A stretch of 64,000 bases of DNA from Octopus sinensis (Eukaryota), in assembly GCF_006345805.1 (NCBI RefSeq), contig NC_043012.1, positions 17,050,001 to 17,114,000 on the forward strand, given 5' to 3'. Below, one piece after another: positions 27,560 through 42,562 of the stretch. The position numbers and the translations under genes were made by a program. The notes below the pieces were generated by a model. The model saw only the letters and a list, made by a program, of their open reading frames with translations. It did not search any database and was not told the origin of the DNA. The stretch's first letter is position 1, and the number at the start of each line of letters is the position of its first letter.

Positions 27560-27950
27560 AAATATGCTAATCATATCTTCTGCAACATAGAAATATTGCA
27601 TGCGATGATTGCGGCCGAAATGGGGGTTCATTACTTGACAGGGTGCGTAGCTCGCAGTTCAGAGGGTCTCTCAAGTCGAGTCGCTAATTTTCCGCGTTGA
27701 GAAGTTACAACCGGTACCACGCTCATCTGATTACTAAGAATCGCAAAACGGATTCTTCAAGTCGAGCCAACCTGCAGGAGTTCTAAGGGTAGACCAAGAA
27801 CGAAATGGTTGGATAATAGTCGTTGTTTCAGTTGATCACACTTTGGAATCCACCCAGAAAGGGTAATGACAGTTCCTTCTGATAAGACCGTAAGGAGAAG
27901 GTGCATGAGAACTCAGCCCAAACGACTCTCCTTCGAACAGGGGGAAGACA
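27560..27950 (+). mobile_element. Old RTE-like LINE C-terminal relic
   Basis: RIAKRILQVEPTCRSSKGRPRTKWLD matches the GRPR..W motif at RTE ORF ends. Confidence 0.55.
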
Positions 27951-28015
27951 AGATTGATTCATGGATGGACACACATACATTGAAACAACCGCATGCAGCT
28001 TCAGTAAGAAAGATA

Positions 28016-28132
<117 letters not shown>

Positions 28133-28139
28133 TTCTTTT

Positions 28140-28490
28140 ATTCATTTATTCTTTTACTTGTTTCAGTCATTTGACTGCGGCCATGCTGGGGCACCTCCTT
28201 GGATAGGGCACCTATTTTTTAGGCCTGGTACTTATTCTATCGGTCGCTTTTGCAGAGCCGCTAAGTTACGGGTACGTAAACACATCGACGCCAGTTGTCA
28301 AGCGGTGATGCGGGGACAAACACAAAGATACATTCACACACACACACATGACGGGCTTCTTTCAGTTTCCGTCTACCAAATCTACTGAAAGGTTTTGGTT
28401 AGCCCGAGGCTATAGTAGAAGGTGTCACGCATTGGGACTGAACCTAGAGCCATGTGTTTGGGAAGTAAACTTCTTACGACACAACCACAC
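28140..28490 (-). mobile_element. SINE family A copy
   Basis: Reverse-complement match to 21119-21507. Confidence 0.85.
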
Positions 28491-28659
28491 CTATACATAC
28501 ACATACATACATGCATACATACATATATACATACATGCATGCACACACATACACACAAGCTCACCCATTGATATTGGTTACCTGGTGTCAACATCAGCAG
28601 TGATGCATGTGCTACTGGATTTACCTCAGGAGTTCCATAGTGTCCGTAGAGTTAATATA

Positions 28660-28998
<339 letters not shown>

Positions 28999-29000
28999 AG

Positions 29001-29383
29001 TGGAGGCGCAATGGCCCAGTGGTTAGGGCAGCGGACTCGCGATCATAGGATCGCGGTTTCGATTCCCAGACCGGGCGTTGTGAGTGTTTATTGAGCGAAA
29101 ACACCTAAAAGCTCCACGAGGCTCCGGCAGGGGATGGTGGTGATCCCTGCTGTACTCTTTCACCACAACTTTCTCTCACTCTTACTTCCTGTTTCTGTTG
29201 TACCTGTATTTCAAGGGGCCGGCCTTGTCACTCTCTGTGTCACGCTGAATATCCCCGAGAACTACGTTAAGGGTGCACGTGTCTGTGGAGTGCTCAGCCA
29301 ATTGCACGTTAATATCACGAGCAAGCTGTTCCGTTGATCGTATCAGCTGGGACCCTCATCGTCGCAACCGACGGAGTGCTCCA
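29001..29383 (+). mobile_element. Full-length SINE family C inserted in (TCTA)n
   Basis: tggcccagtggttagggc A box and ggtttcgattcc B box. Other copies lie at 53600-53935 and 60895-61150. Confidence 0.9.
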
Positions 29384-29428
29384 TCTATCTATCTATCTAT
29401 CCATTCATCCATCCATCCATCCATCCAC

Positions 29429-29509
<81 letters not shown>

Positions 29510-29674
29510 CGTACATATGTATACATAAATGTATGTATGTACGTATGTATGTATATATATATGTATGTGTGTGTGTGTGTGTGTGTATAGTAATAAGAAA
29601 AAGGGAGGAGAAGAATCTCGCTTATCCTCATGTGGTGATTTGTAATGTAAAAATATATATATATAAAATAAAAG

Positions 29675-29894
29675 AAGGAAAATGCACGCAGGTCACATAG
29701 TTTTAATATATTTTAAAATATTGTTTGCCGACCGGTTTCGCTTTCGTTAATCATGACATTGAAATTATTGTAATTTCGTATTTTTTTAAGAAGATCTTAA
29801 TCCATACACAAACGGTCGAGAAAGAAAAATAATCTTTCACTTATAAAATATATAAAAATATATTAAAACTATGTAAACTGCGTGCATTTTCCTT
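29675..29894. mobile_element. Short element with 40-bp inverted arms (inverted pLTR-like)
   Basis: 29675-29714 versus 29855-29894, 2 mismatches. Internal GAAA-ccgg-TC on the minus strand at ~29730. Confidence 0.6.
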
Positions 29895-30159
29895 ATATAT
29901 ACATATATACACATATATACATACACACACATCCAACCACCTGTACTCGCACACACACACACATGTACGCACATACATACATATATTTATGTAATATATG
30001 TATGGGTATGTCTGTTTGTGTCTATATGTATGTATGTGTGTGGTGTGTGTGTGCGCGTGTGTGTGTTTCTATGTGTTCGTGTATATGTGAGTAGTTTTTG
30101 ATTGAATGGGGCACTTCTATTCAAAGTATTGCAACGTATAAAGTTAAACAGGTATTGGA

Positions 30160-30614
30160 GCGTCGTAACAAAAGGGATTTTAATGAAATAAAGTTGTTAT
30201 TACTTCTTTTCTAAGATATTTCAATCTAAATAAAACCCTTTTTCAAAAGAATCAGTGGAACAAAATAAGCAACAAACAACAACATCAAGAAAAAAAAAAA
30301 CGTTAGAAAAAAGCAAAACATTGTGAAACTTGTTAACCGTTGGCTATCGAAGCACTGTTGAGAGCCTTCCAATTTAATTTCTGCAAAGAGTTTCCTATTA
30401 GTTTGGTCTCTACAGTGTTCGATCACCGATAATCCTTGTTTTCCTGATCAGGTGATGCGTAACAGGATCTACCACAGTACTTTAGCTTTGTCAAAAAAAA
30501 AAAAAAAGTTAGTGTTTACGGCAGGTTAATGACAATTTCTCGTTTTCATAACGTCTTTTCTGAAATGGGTAAAAAAAACAGCCAACCAGCTGAATCCTTG
30601 TAGAAAATAATACA

Positions 30615-30660
<46 letters not shown>

Positions 30661-30870
30661 TGTGTATCTGTAGCTGTCTCACAGATGTTTAGATTAAATG
30701 TAATATAGCTTTTAAATTAACCTCCCACGTATTCGAGGTATTGTTATCTGTATATGTAGTTGAACATAACTTTGAACGTCGTAACAATGTGATTTTAATA
30801 AATCTGCGTTTTATTACTTTTCTCTCTATGATATTCGGATCTAAACAGATCATTTTTAAATAATGCAGTA

Positions 30871-30960
<90 letters not shown>

Positions 30961-31275
30961 GAAGTATAATTAGAAGAGACAGTGACTCATGATCCTTGAT
31001 TCCTGCCGTTGACTTTCAATGCAGGACTGAAAGGGAAGGGTCTAAAGTCAAACGCTACTTGGAGGCTACGACCAAACTCTGGTTCCAGTATTTAGTCACT
31101 AAGCTATCTTTGTTTAAGTGTATCTACCACAAGTTTTGGCTTTTGTTGTTATTCGTAAAAACTTGGCTTTCACAACAGATTCATGACAAATCATTTTCAA
31201 ATGAGTTTTGCTTTTTTTTCAGCGAAGCTAATAATAACCAAACGGCTGAATTATTAGACCAAAATAAGAATAGTA

Positions 31276-31357
<82 letters not shown>

Positions 31358-31600
31358 CAACAACAACAGCAATCATAAGCTCATAAAGAATAAGCTCAGA
31401 AGCATCTCGGCAAGGTTTAGTATGAGTTTTAAATTGGTTTGTGAAGGATTTGAAGCGTTGTACTGCATGGAGTAGAATAGAAATTTGAACGTGGTGACAG
31501 TTCGAGTTTAATAAAGCAATGTTTTATTACTACTTTTCGATGATATTTCGATCAGAATAGATTTTTTTCTTTCAAATGGAACAAATAAGAAAAGATGATA
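30160..31600. repeat. Ancient tandem repeat, about 2.3 units of 620-710 bp
   Basis: cgtcgtaaca...ttttaat...ttattact...gatatt recurs at ~30160, ~30775 and ~31487. atctaccaca recurs at ~30467 and ~31122. Confidence 0.6.
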
Positions 31601-31744
31601 GATTTTTTTGTGTGTATATGTTGTGTGTGTGTGAATAAACACTGAATATAGAAGGATTAAAGACAACAGTCAGGGTCACACTGTGTATTAACTGAAATGG
31701 CAAGCTGATGTTGACTTGTTATGAAACGACATACGCAGTTACCT

Positions 31745-32006
31745 TCTCGAGTCACACTAACTCATAAGGGCCGGTTTATCGGTTTCCTGGTTTCCCGGTT
31801 TCCCGGTTTCATGGCGTATGTATTTCCCACTTGGACGGGACGCCGGTCCGTCACGGGATTATTCATTTTTGCCAGTTGAGTGGACTGGAGCAACATGAAA
31901 TGAAGTGTTTTGCTTAAGAACACAACGCGTCACCCGATCCAGGAATCGAAACCACAATGTTACGATCACGAGCCAAACACCCTAACCACTAAGCCACACA
32001 CCTCCA
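31745..32006 (-). mobile_element. SINE family D (tRNA head, ggcgtcccgtcca domain)
   Basis: Minus strand ggaggtgtgtggcttagtggttaggg...ggtttcgattcc. Related copies at ~8250, ~49890 and ~61240. Confidence 0.8.
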
Positions 32007-33332
32007 GACATACGTAGTGAGGAAAAGGGATAATTAACTTGATGATTAATTCTGGTTAAGAAAAGCAAGGTAGATAAATCCGAAATTTTAAATAAGAAAA
32101 ATTAATTATAAGAGAACTTACAAAGTTTATATAAATCTTTAAAGCGTAGAAATATAAGTGAAAAATACAAAAATAGATCCCCCCCCAAAAAAAAACCCAC
32201 GAAGAAGTGTAGGATGAAGCTTAATACCCGAAAGGTTGAAATTGATGAGAATCTGACGTTTCATGAGGTAATTTTTATTAAACAGAAGAAAAACACGAAC
32301 AGAGAAGAGAATTCAGAGACTCGAAAAAGCGAAAAGTGCAGAAAACCAAAAAATGACATCTGGTCGCATAGCAGTATGAAAGACTACAACTGTAAAGTAA
32401 TAGGCAAGTAAGAATTACTGACATGTATATATAGTAACCTTTTGTCTAAAGCAAATCTAATAAAAATAAGGAAAAAAAAATTGGACAAAATGCAAACCTC
32501 GATGCATTAAATATTGTGGAGGAATAGAATGAAGGTAAGTTAAGTCAGTTTCGGAAAGAACCACGTTGTTAAGAGAGAAGGCTGTTGAAAAGGAAAAAGA
32601 GAAAAATGGGTAAGAAAATAGAAGGTTGAAAGGTGTTCAGCTGTGGAACATACTGGAGTGATGGATAACAAGCAGTGATGAAGTGAAGAGGTCGCGTTTA
32701 GTAAAGAGAGAAGAATAAAACAATTGTGACAGGCGGACGTGGCAGAAGTTAAGTTGGTTAAGGGAAATATGCATGTTTGTGTGTTGTATAAGATAGTATA
32801 CTGAAATAAAGTATTGTGTGAGGTATGTTTGTACGAAATATGGTTGTATGTATGTGTGCGTAGGTAGGTAAAGAAATGTGTATTTGTGCGATTAACAAGG
32901 CAAGGCGTTTATGGACAGTGTGTGCGTCCAATGTACTGTTGAGTGTGGTTGTATAAGTATGTGGAAGGATAGGCTATGAAGTGAAGGATGTGAATTGAGT
33001 AGGAAGTGTGCTTGAGTAAGTATGTGTAAATCTAATGTAGTAAATAAAGCGAATAATGTGTGAAGTGTGTGTGTGTTTGTTGTTTCTGCGTGTGCGTGTA
33101 TGTGGGGGAGAGAAAGAGAGCGAAAAAGCGACTTTCGTGTGAAAACAAAGGTGTAAATGTACGCAATGTATGAGTATATTGGTGGAAGAGGGGCGAATTG
33201 CAATGTGCGTGCATGCGTGTGGGTGTGTATGTGTATTTTAATGTGAATTGAGTCGGTTGTTAAGGCTGACAGTAATAACTGCTTTTAAATAGGTCAGTAG
33301 TTCACAACTAATTCAGGAAATATCATGGTGTT

Positions 33333-33945
33333 TTACAATCCACAAAACAGTGAGGTACAGGTGAAAGTGGCGAAGAGAAGTTCAAGCTGTAGCACACTAT
33401 CCTGAGTGTTGCGATGGTTGCGCAGCAAATATTCCATACATGTCGAGAAGAGGGATAACAAAACTAAAGATTGGTCGCAGAGTGTGTTGTTAGGGCAATG
33501 TAAAGCAGAGCAATATAAAGCAGAGCAAGGTTTAAGGAATTGATGAAATGCTTCAGCCTTGTAGAGGCCAACCCGACAAATCATAACACTGACATGTTTG
33601 TTAGCCAACTTGATGACGGCGAGTTGACGTTGGAGATAGTGAAATGCACCAACTTCCAAAGGGAGGTATTTTGGTTTCTTAAATGCATCTTTAAATTGAA
33701 GCAGCTCACAGCAAAATGATACAACCTGAACAGATCTAGAACTTAGAAATGTTTGGACGTCAGCCCAGATTGGCGAAGCAATCAAACTTGCTGGTGTTCA
33801 GCTCGCCTGTTTCGAGAGAGGCACACAGCTTAAAACAGCATAGGAAGCACACAGTTTCAGTGCGGGTCTGAAACCCTTCCATAGGATAAGGCGTATGAAA
33901 CTGAACCCTCGACTCAGAATCGACCTTCCTTCAGAGAGCAGGATC
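33333..33945 (-). mobile_element. Decayed Penelope-like RT N-terminal region
   Basis: LSEGRSILSRGFSFI (compare E.SVLSKGL.F) and AVIKLANKHVSV...YKAEAFHQF (compare IKPADKG.AVV...Y..EA..QL). It lies in a strand-skewed tract at ~32400-35580. Confidence 0.65.
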
Positions 33946-35063
33946 ACAACTACGTGTAAAGGTACAACCAGTGCAAATTACTGAAAAAGCACTGAGAAAG
34001 AAGGGTTTGATCGCGTTGGTGGGGTTTATGAAATTTGTTGTTTAAGAAGAAATCGAACAAAAATTCATATAGTTGCTGACTAAGACTTATAGACTGGATG
34101 ATAGATGGGATACAGATAAAAGAGAAAAGGAGACGGGACTGGAAAATATGGCGGCCTAAATGAAGCTATGAACAAGTGGAGAGAACGGTGGCGTGCGTGA
34201 GTAGGCGAGATGAGTGGCCGAGAATGCGCTCAATGGAGGCAGTGAAGGGGATAGTGGTATGGAAGTGAATAAAGAGTCCATGAAAGATACTATTGCGATT
34301 AAGGATGACTGAAAAAAGTTATGTGACTGGAATAACACGTTTCTGGTAAAGATAAGCGTTGAGAGTTGCAAGGAAATGTGATCGCAAACAGAGACAGTGG
34401 GGTCAGTAAAAATTTCTGGCTGTAATGTAAAACATGGAGAAGGTCGATGAAAATAGGTATAGTGTAATCAAAACATCCAGGGATAAAAGTGTGTCTGCAT
34501 GATATCTCAGTATAAATAATAGTAACGTAAGGCACATTAAAAAATGACAACAAAAATCAAAGTTCAAAGTCAATGTATTAAACGCCACAGGAAAAGAGAA
34601 AGGTAGAAAAAGTGACGTTTCAGAAAAAGTTCTTCACCAAGACAGAAAAGCTGAGATGAAAGGGAAGATGACCTGAAAAGAAAAATGGAAGGGCAAGAGA
34701 TGTTTGTTCACTGCTGCACTATTTTGGAATGGTGAAAATGAAGAAATTATTTTTATCAGGACCGGAATACAAAACAGATAAGCTTGAAAACTGGACGTGG
34801 AAAAGGTAGATTGGTTTAAAAAAAAAAATGGATGCATGAGTTATCTTCAAGTGTGCGTGTGTGTGTATGTGTGCGTATGCGTGCGTGTGCGCGCGCAAGT
34901 ATGTGTGTGTGTGGGGGGGGGTGCGTGCAGCGTAAGGTAGTATAATGAAATAAAAAAATATGAGTGAGTTATGTTTGTGTGCGTTGTAATAAGAGAAGCA
35001 AAGAGGTGTGCCAGCGTGATGAGTGAGACAAGGTAGTAGTGGATGATGATGATGATGATGATA

Positions 35064-35108
<45 letters not shown>

Positions 35109-35353
35109 TGTGGGTGTGGGTGTGGGTGTGGTTGGAGGGGATGATATGAATGAATGGCGGAGTAAATGACGTGAATTATATATGAAATGTGTTTATAAGA
35201 AGGTGTGTGTAGATGAAGAGAACGAAATGTTTGGTGAAGTGAATGAAGCAAATTGAGTATGAAGTGTGCCTAAGTAGGTGTGTGTGTATGTGTGTGTAAA
35301 AGAAGCAAATTATGGATGAAGTATGTTTAAATAATTGTGCGGTGTTTGCGTTT

Positions 35354-35396
<43 letters not shown>

Positions 35397-35832
35397 TGTG
35401 TGTATGTGAGGAAGAAAATAAACGTGAATGTATGAGGAAAAGGATTCCTTTGTCTTGAGTGTATAAGTGGAAAATGAAGATTAAAATATGTGAATGTGTG
35501 TGGGTGCGTGTGTGTTGCTTTATTGAAAAGGAAATAAATGTGAATGAAATGTAATAAATGATGTAAATTAAAACTAACAACCCTGGTCACTTTATCGTCT
35601 TCACTGCAACAGCTCCCCCCACCCCGCCACCCCGCCACCGAAATCATTTCCAAATATCTCGACCAGTCCTTCCAACCTTTGTTATGCTTACCATCTTAAC
35701 ACACACCTATCGCACCAACTAAGCACTCTACTTGCTTCCCTGCATTGATTAGGTAATATGCTAAGACCAAAGAGTGAAGGCACACACACACTTTAATATA
35801 TATATATATATGTATATATATATGTATATATA

Positions 35833-35880
<48 letters not shown>

Positions 35881-36128
35881 GTATATATATATGTATGTAT
35901 ATATATATATATGTATATAATATATGTGTGTGTATATATATATATATATTGAAAATCTAATGTGAAACCGGTGAAGTGTATTCCTATATTGTAAAATATA
36001 ATTAAATTCTTCATAATTTCTATATATTCTCTATGGATTTATTCCCCAACTTTGAGTTAATAACAATTTATCTATCTATCTATCTATCCATCTATCCATC
36101 TAACTATCTATCTATCCATCTATCCATA

Positions 36129-36228
<100 letters not shown>

Positions 36229-36241
36229 CATCCATCTATCC

Positions 36242-36305
<64 letters not shown>

Positions 36306-36786
36306 CTCTATCTATCTACCTACTTATCTGTCTATCTCTATCTATTTACCTACCTATTTGTCTATCTCTACCTATCTACTTATCTATCTATCTACGCCTC
36401 CTTCCTTCAAACGGGAAGGAAGAGCTATTTTCATTATCCTTGTGGCTATGGCGAAAGAATGTATCTGGTGGACGCGTCTGAAAGGATTGGAGACAAACAT
36501 TTTCCTCTCTGGTCAATCTCTCATCAACTTCTTCAAGTACCACTTGAAAAAGAAAGTGAGGGTAGAGAGGCAAGTTTTGTCTAGCGAATGTTTTAAAAAA
36601 AGATGGGTGAATGTAGCAAGGATGGCACGTATGAATGACGAAGCCACCTTGAGCATAATCCTATGGACCCAGAAATTGAAAACAGAGGGTTACCCACTTG
36701 CAAACAAATGTGGTAACATATAACAATATTGACCAAGGTTACAGTGGTCTTTTTCATAGGCTTTTCTTCCCACGGATAAACCTTAC

Positions 36787-37090
36787 TTGCCTTGGATATG
36801 TGCTGTGATTTGTTGTGATGCTCTGATGGTTATTGTATGGAAAGTGTTCTGCGTAGGATGTGTGCAGTGCCTAGTAGTGCAATTTTCTGTATGTTATATG
36901 TGTTTGTAAGTCCTGGTGTTTTTGTTATGTATTTGTCTGAATATTTTTTTATCATGCCTAATGCACCTACTATGATAGGAATTGTTTCTGTTTTCAGGTT
37001 CCACATTCTAGTTACCTCTATTTCCAGGTCTTTGTATTTTGAGAGTTTCTCCATTTCTTTTAGAGACACGTTGTCATCTGCCGGTATGAT
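36787..37090 (-). mobile_element. R4/Dong-clade non-LTR restriction-like endonuclease fragment
   Basis: KEMEKLSKYKDLEIEVTRMW...IPIIVGALG...IQKIALLGTAHILRR. It abuts an (ATT)n tract. Confidence 0.85.
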
Positions 37091-37181
37091 ACATCAATTA
37101 GAAAGCATTTTTTTATTATTTTTATTATTATTATTATATATTATTATTATTATTATTATTATATATATCATAATTATTATT

Positions 37182-37418
37182 GAGTGAGAGAGCAGTGCAT
37201 GCCATCAAAGTCACGCTGGAGTACAAATATACGAATCCCAGTATACCCATCACGTCTACCCATCTGATAATGGTACACCAGGAACCTGCATCACAACCAT
37301 ATATGCGTGACAAGGTGATCTCATATCAAGATAAACAGCGCATAACCTTGTAGCAGGTGGGGCCAGAAAGAATTTTCTTCGGATCGAGTAGCCCATCCCA
37401 CTCAAAAGGTCCCTGACT
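37182..37418 (-). mobile_element. Partial copy of the (AAT)n-tailed non-coding element
   Basis: Reverse complement of ~52990-53230, ending in (AAT)n. Confidence 0.85.
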
Positions 37419-38038
37419 AAAGATATAATATCCCATTAAGTCCCAGAGTACTTAAATTTCTGAATATTACTTAAAAAATTTTTTTGGTCCGTTCGGCAAA
37501 ACGGAGCGATAGAATAAGTACCAAACTTTAAAAAATAAGTACAGGGGTTGACTTGCCCTTCAATGTGATGCCCCAGCATGGCCACAGTCCAATGACTGAA
37601 ACAAGTAAAAGATAAATGATAAAACTAACACCGATTCAGACCGCCACACTACGGTTTCGGTCAGTGTTCCGTCCTTACAGTGGAAAGAATGGAAATCATT
37701 TTTCTCCCTCAATCAAGAGAAAGGATTGTGCCTATGGCTTTTTTTGAGGAGCATCGTGATTAATGGAAAGGAAGGATAAAACCATTCTCAAACTAAATAC
37801 CTGACCTGAAATTTTGCAACAGAATTGAGTCTGCTAAAGGCACCAAGATACGAAAACCGAGTCACTGGGTTAAGTCTATCACCGAAGTAGACTTGAAGTC
37901 AGAAGGCCGCGAGAAGCCAGAACACTAGAGCTGTCCCGTTGTAGAAACTATGTGTGACATTTGTGTCTTTTCCAAGAGAATCGTCAATATAAGAAGAGGT
38001 GAAACGTATTTAGGTGGAGATTGATATCACATCGGTCA

Positions 38039-38500
38039 GTGTTTAGGCTTTTGTTAAACATCATCTGCAATATTAAAAGAATAATATTGATTTCTTACAA
38101 GATCTCAGATTTGTGGTGAGAAAGAAACTGTTAACAATATCAACCTCAGTATTATTTGGTACTTTATTTTACACCATATATCATAACACTGTGATACACG
38201 ATCCCTATTGATCGTTCTTTTTTCCTCTTCCCCTTTTTTTCCCCTTTATTCTTCTTTTTTCATTTCTCTTTTCTTTTGTTCCTTTTCCTTTTCTTTTTTT
38301 CCCCTTTTATTCTTTTTATTTTTTATTTTATTTATTTATTAATTTTTTTTGTTCTTTTCTTCTCTTTTACGATCCCTCTTGATCGAAAACCTACGCCACC
38401 CCTTCTTTTTTGTTTTTTGTTTTTTTCATCCCCCAAAAGAAAAGCTCTACCTTGTAACTTGTCCCATCTGTGTGCAGCCCTGTGTGGCCAATAAAGAAAC

Positions 38501-38599
<99 letters not shown>

Positions 38600-40339
38600 C
38601 ATGTATGTATGTATGTTGTATGTATGTATGTATGTATGTATGTATGTATGTACGTACGTATGTATGTATGTATGTACGTACGTATGTATGTATGTATGTA
38701 TGTATGTATGTATGTATGCATGTATATATGTATGTATGTATGTATGCATGTATATCCGTAAGTATATATGTATGTATATATGTACGTATGTATGTAGGCA
38801 TGTATGTATGTATAAACATCTGTATGTATGTATGTATGTATGTATGTATGTATATATGTATGTATGTGTGTGTATGGTGGTGGTGGGGGGGGTTGTATGA
38901 CCTGGATATGACTTTAAGCTGCATCCGATAATGGGCTCCCGTTATGGGAATGCTCTGGCTCTTGGGATGGTGTCATGGCATGCAGTAAAACGACCGCGAG
39001 TGAAGGACCCCTTGTCACAATATCTTTCTGGGAGAGAGACACTCGGATGTAAAAACCTGCGGTTTCATATGTTTATTAGTTATTTCTCCTCGGTCTGTTA
39101 CTGGTTACTAACCACGAGGGCATAGAGAGTGGCACTCGGGTTGTACAAGCGTTTATCACTATAATCCAATGGCGTACAGATATCTCTTTACGGTGACCCC
39201 ATTTGTGACGTGATCCGCTGCGAATCCTGAGATGACAAAAGTGTGGTGACCTGTGCAGACCTAACCTACTGGAAGCGCACAGTAAGCCACAGCTTTTGTT
39301 TGTCATCTATGTGACAAACCATGCAAATGCGTAATGGGACCGAATAGTTATCTGAAAGGAGATGGATGGAGAGTCGGAAATGCCATCGACAACGAGAAGA
39401 TACAAAGTGGCGACAAACGTCTGCGAAGATGGTGCAATCATCATATATACAGACATCCCCCCCCACACGCATGTACATGTGTATGCTTGTGTGTGTGTAT
39501 GTGTGTGTTTGTGTGTGTGTGTGTGTGTGGTGTGTGTGTGTGTGTATGTGTGTGTGTGTGCGTATGAATTTTCACGCAGTAAATTCTTGCCGATGCAATC
39601 AAGAGAGTGTGGATGAAAAAAGAAAAAAAGTGGCCGGCCATGCTTCATCCCCACCCAAAGTACATTGCATGACACTAATTTTACATGTCAACCAACTTGA
39701 GATACTTTTTCTTCTGCTAACCCTGACAAACTTCTGGTAAATATATCTTCCGAACCATATCGCAGTAATATTGTACGGAAACTAACTGACATTGTAAGAA
39801 TTGTGAAAGAATGATTGGACGGTCAGAAAATTATTGGCAACTGATTTGACCTATAGATCACAGATTCTGACATTAAAGTTGAAAATTTAACCCGCTCATG
39901 TGGACGTTGCTTATCAGTAGATCTGCCCAGTGGCTTACAACACATAAATATATTAAGAATGGTTTCATTTACGAACATCTAAGCCAGTTTTGCATAATAT
40001 ACTTCAGATAAATATGTTGTTACATACTGTCTGGTGCTGGTTAATAAACAAGCCAGGCATTTGCTTATTCGGCAAAACCATTTTTTTTCCTTTCACTTTT
40101 AGAGCATCTGAAAGAATGCTCGCATTACGGTATCTGTTCTAGTTACTTACGTTCAGAGTTCAAATCCCACCGATGTCAAATTTGGCTTTCATCTTTTGTG
40201 GATCGATAAAATAAAGTACCAAATAATACTGAGGTTGATATTGTTAACAGTTTCTTTCTCACCGCAAATCTGAGATCTTGTAAGAAATCAATATTATTCT
40301 TTTAATATTGCAGATGATGTTTAATAAAAGCCTAAACAC
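38039..40339. repeat. 133-bp inverted duplication (38039-38171 versus 40207-40339)
   Basis: Near-identical reverse complements. The right arm stops exactly at the assembly gap. Confidence 0.9.
38935..39430 (+). mobile_element. Old RTE-like 3' relic
   Basis: FVCHLCDKPCK...SYLK resembles the terminal C2H2 motif of RTE ORFs. Confidence 0.45.
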
Positions 40340-40439
40340 NNNNNNNNNNNNNNNNNNNNNNNNNNNNNNNNNNNNNNNNNNNNNNNNNNNNNNNNNNNNN
40401 NNNNNNNNNNNNNNNNNNNNNNNNNNNNNNNNNNNNNNN
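40340..40439. other. Assembly gap (100 N, probably a placeholder length)
   Basis: Run of N. Confidence 0.99.
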
Positions 40440-40608
40440 ACTTTTGCTACACACACACACACACACACATACACACACCATATATATCACACATACACAC
40501 ACATATATAATATATACACACACACACACAAACACATACACACCACCCCACACACACACACCTATATATATATATACACACCGCCACAACACATACACAC
40601 ACACACAA

Positions 40609-40647
<39 letters not shown>

Positions 40648-41249
40648 TCGCACACACATCACGCGCACCGATCATTTCGAGCAACTTGGTCTGACAAATC
40701 TTGATATTGCAATTGTGATATTTAGACAAATGGAAAGGAGTTATATTCAAACGCATCTCTATTTAAATTTTAAATTTTATATTCTTCATTGGTATTAATG
40801 GTACTTTTAATATCGAATCCTGTATAAACTGATGTTGATTTTTCTTTAATAAAATTAGTAATAGTCCCGGCCTCGATTTTCTCTGCACGTATATATATAT
40901 ATTTATGTGTGCTTATGTACGGTTATACGTGTGTGTATGTGTGTGTGTGTGGTGCATGTATGCATATGTATATAAGAATGAATACGGTTGCACAAAGATA
41001 CACATATATATGTTAAAGGGTAATGGCTGAGTGGAGTAAATAGCACAGAATAATGGTATTTAAAGAAAACAATAGGTACAAGAATAACACAAAATTGCTA
41101 ACAATTTTTCAAGAAACGAAAAGAAGTAAAAAATAACATGAAGCTAACTCGAATGAAGGTAATTTAAAACAACAACACGCACACACGCACGCACGCACGA
41201 CACAAACACACACACAGACACACGCACAGAGAGAGAGAGAGAGAGTAAT

Positions 41250-41996
41250 GTTCATATATACATATGTACATACATACATGCATATATATATAAATATGCG
41301 TATGCATATATAAATATATAAATATGTATAGATATATATATGTATATATATATACATATGTATATATATGTATATATATGCATGAATATGTGTGTATATA
41401 CATATGTATGTATATACATGATTACATATGTATGTATATACATGATTACATATGTATGTATATGTATTTATATATGTATGTATACATATATATATCTATC
41501 TATATGTATACACAAACATATATTTACATATATATGTATAAACATATACGTTTATATTTATATATACACATGTGTATACATATATAAATTTATGTATTTA
41601 TACATATACATGTATATACATATATACATTTATATATATATATACACATATGTATACATATATAATTATATATATATATACATATAATACATTTATATAT
41701 ACATATATACATATATACATTTATATATATATACACACATGCATATATATATATATATATATATATATACTATATACATTTAATATATACATATATCCAT
41801 TTTATATATATATATATACATATATATACATAAATATTCCTTTATATATAATATACATATATATACATACATATATACATTTATATATATATACATATAT
41901 ACATATATACATTTATATATATACATATACAGATACATATATATATTTATATATATATATATACATATATATGCAAATATACTTTATATATATACA

Positions 41997-42043
<47 letters not shown>

Positions 42044-42414
42044 GAAACAATGCCGCCCAAACTAAACCCCGCCAACCGCCAAAAATACAGGAGATATTTG
42101 AAAGGTTGAATAAAAGTGAAAGTAAGAATCCCAGCAAAAAAAACAACAAAACAAACAAAAAAAAAACAAATGTTAAAATGTGATTTTTCTGCATAATACA
42201 TGATTTTAAGTGTTTTTTTTCTTTTGACTTTGATTCTTTGGTTGTTTTTATTTAATGAAACGTAAAAGTAAAATCAAAGGTTAAGTAGTAATTTGTTGCG
42301 AGCGTCTCTTGTGATTACAGTTGGTAATGTCTTATCGTAAGTAAGTCGGTATTTAGTGTAATGTGGGGACATACGTACATACTCACATCATACATAAATA
42401 CATACGTACATAGA

Positions 42415-42448
<34 letters not shown>

Positions 42449-42528
42449 CATAGATATATATACATATATATACATATATATATAATATAACATATATATT
42501 ATATATATACATATACATATGTATATGT

Positions 42529-42562
<34 letters not shown>

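Larger units (their letters stand above)
36397..38500 (+). mobile_element. Tx1/L1-clade LINE 3' end (ORF2 C-terminus and 3' UTR) between (TCTA)n tracts, interrupted at ~36787-38171
   Basis: [11 protein letters not shown]...[14 protein letters not shown]...FKKRW. The pyrimidine-rich UTR ends ccaataaagaaa directly before (TCTA)n. Confidence 0.65.
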
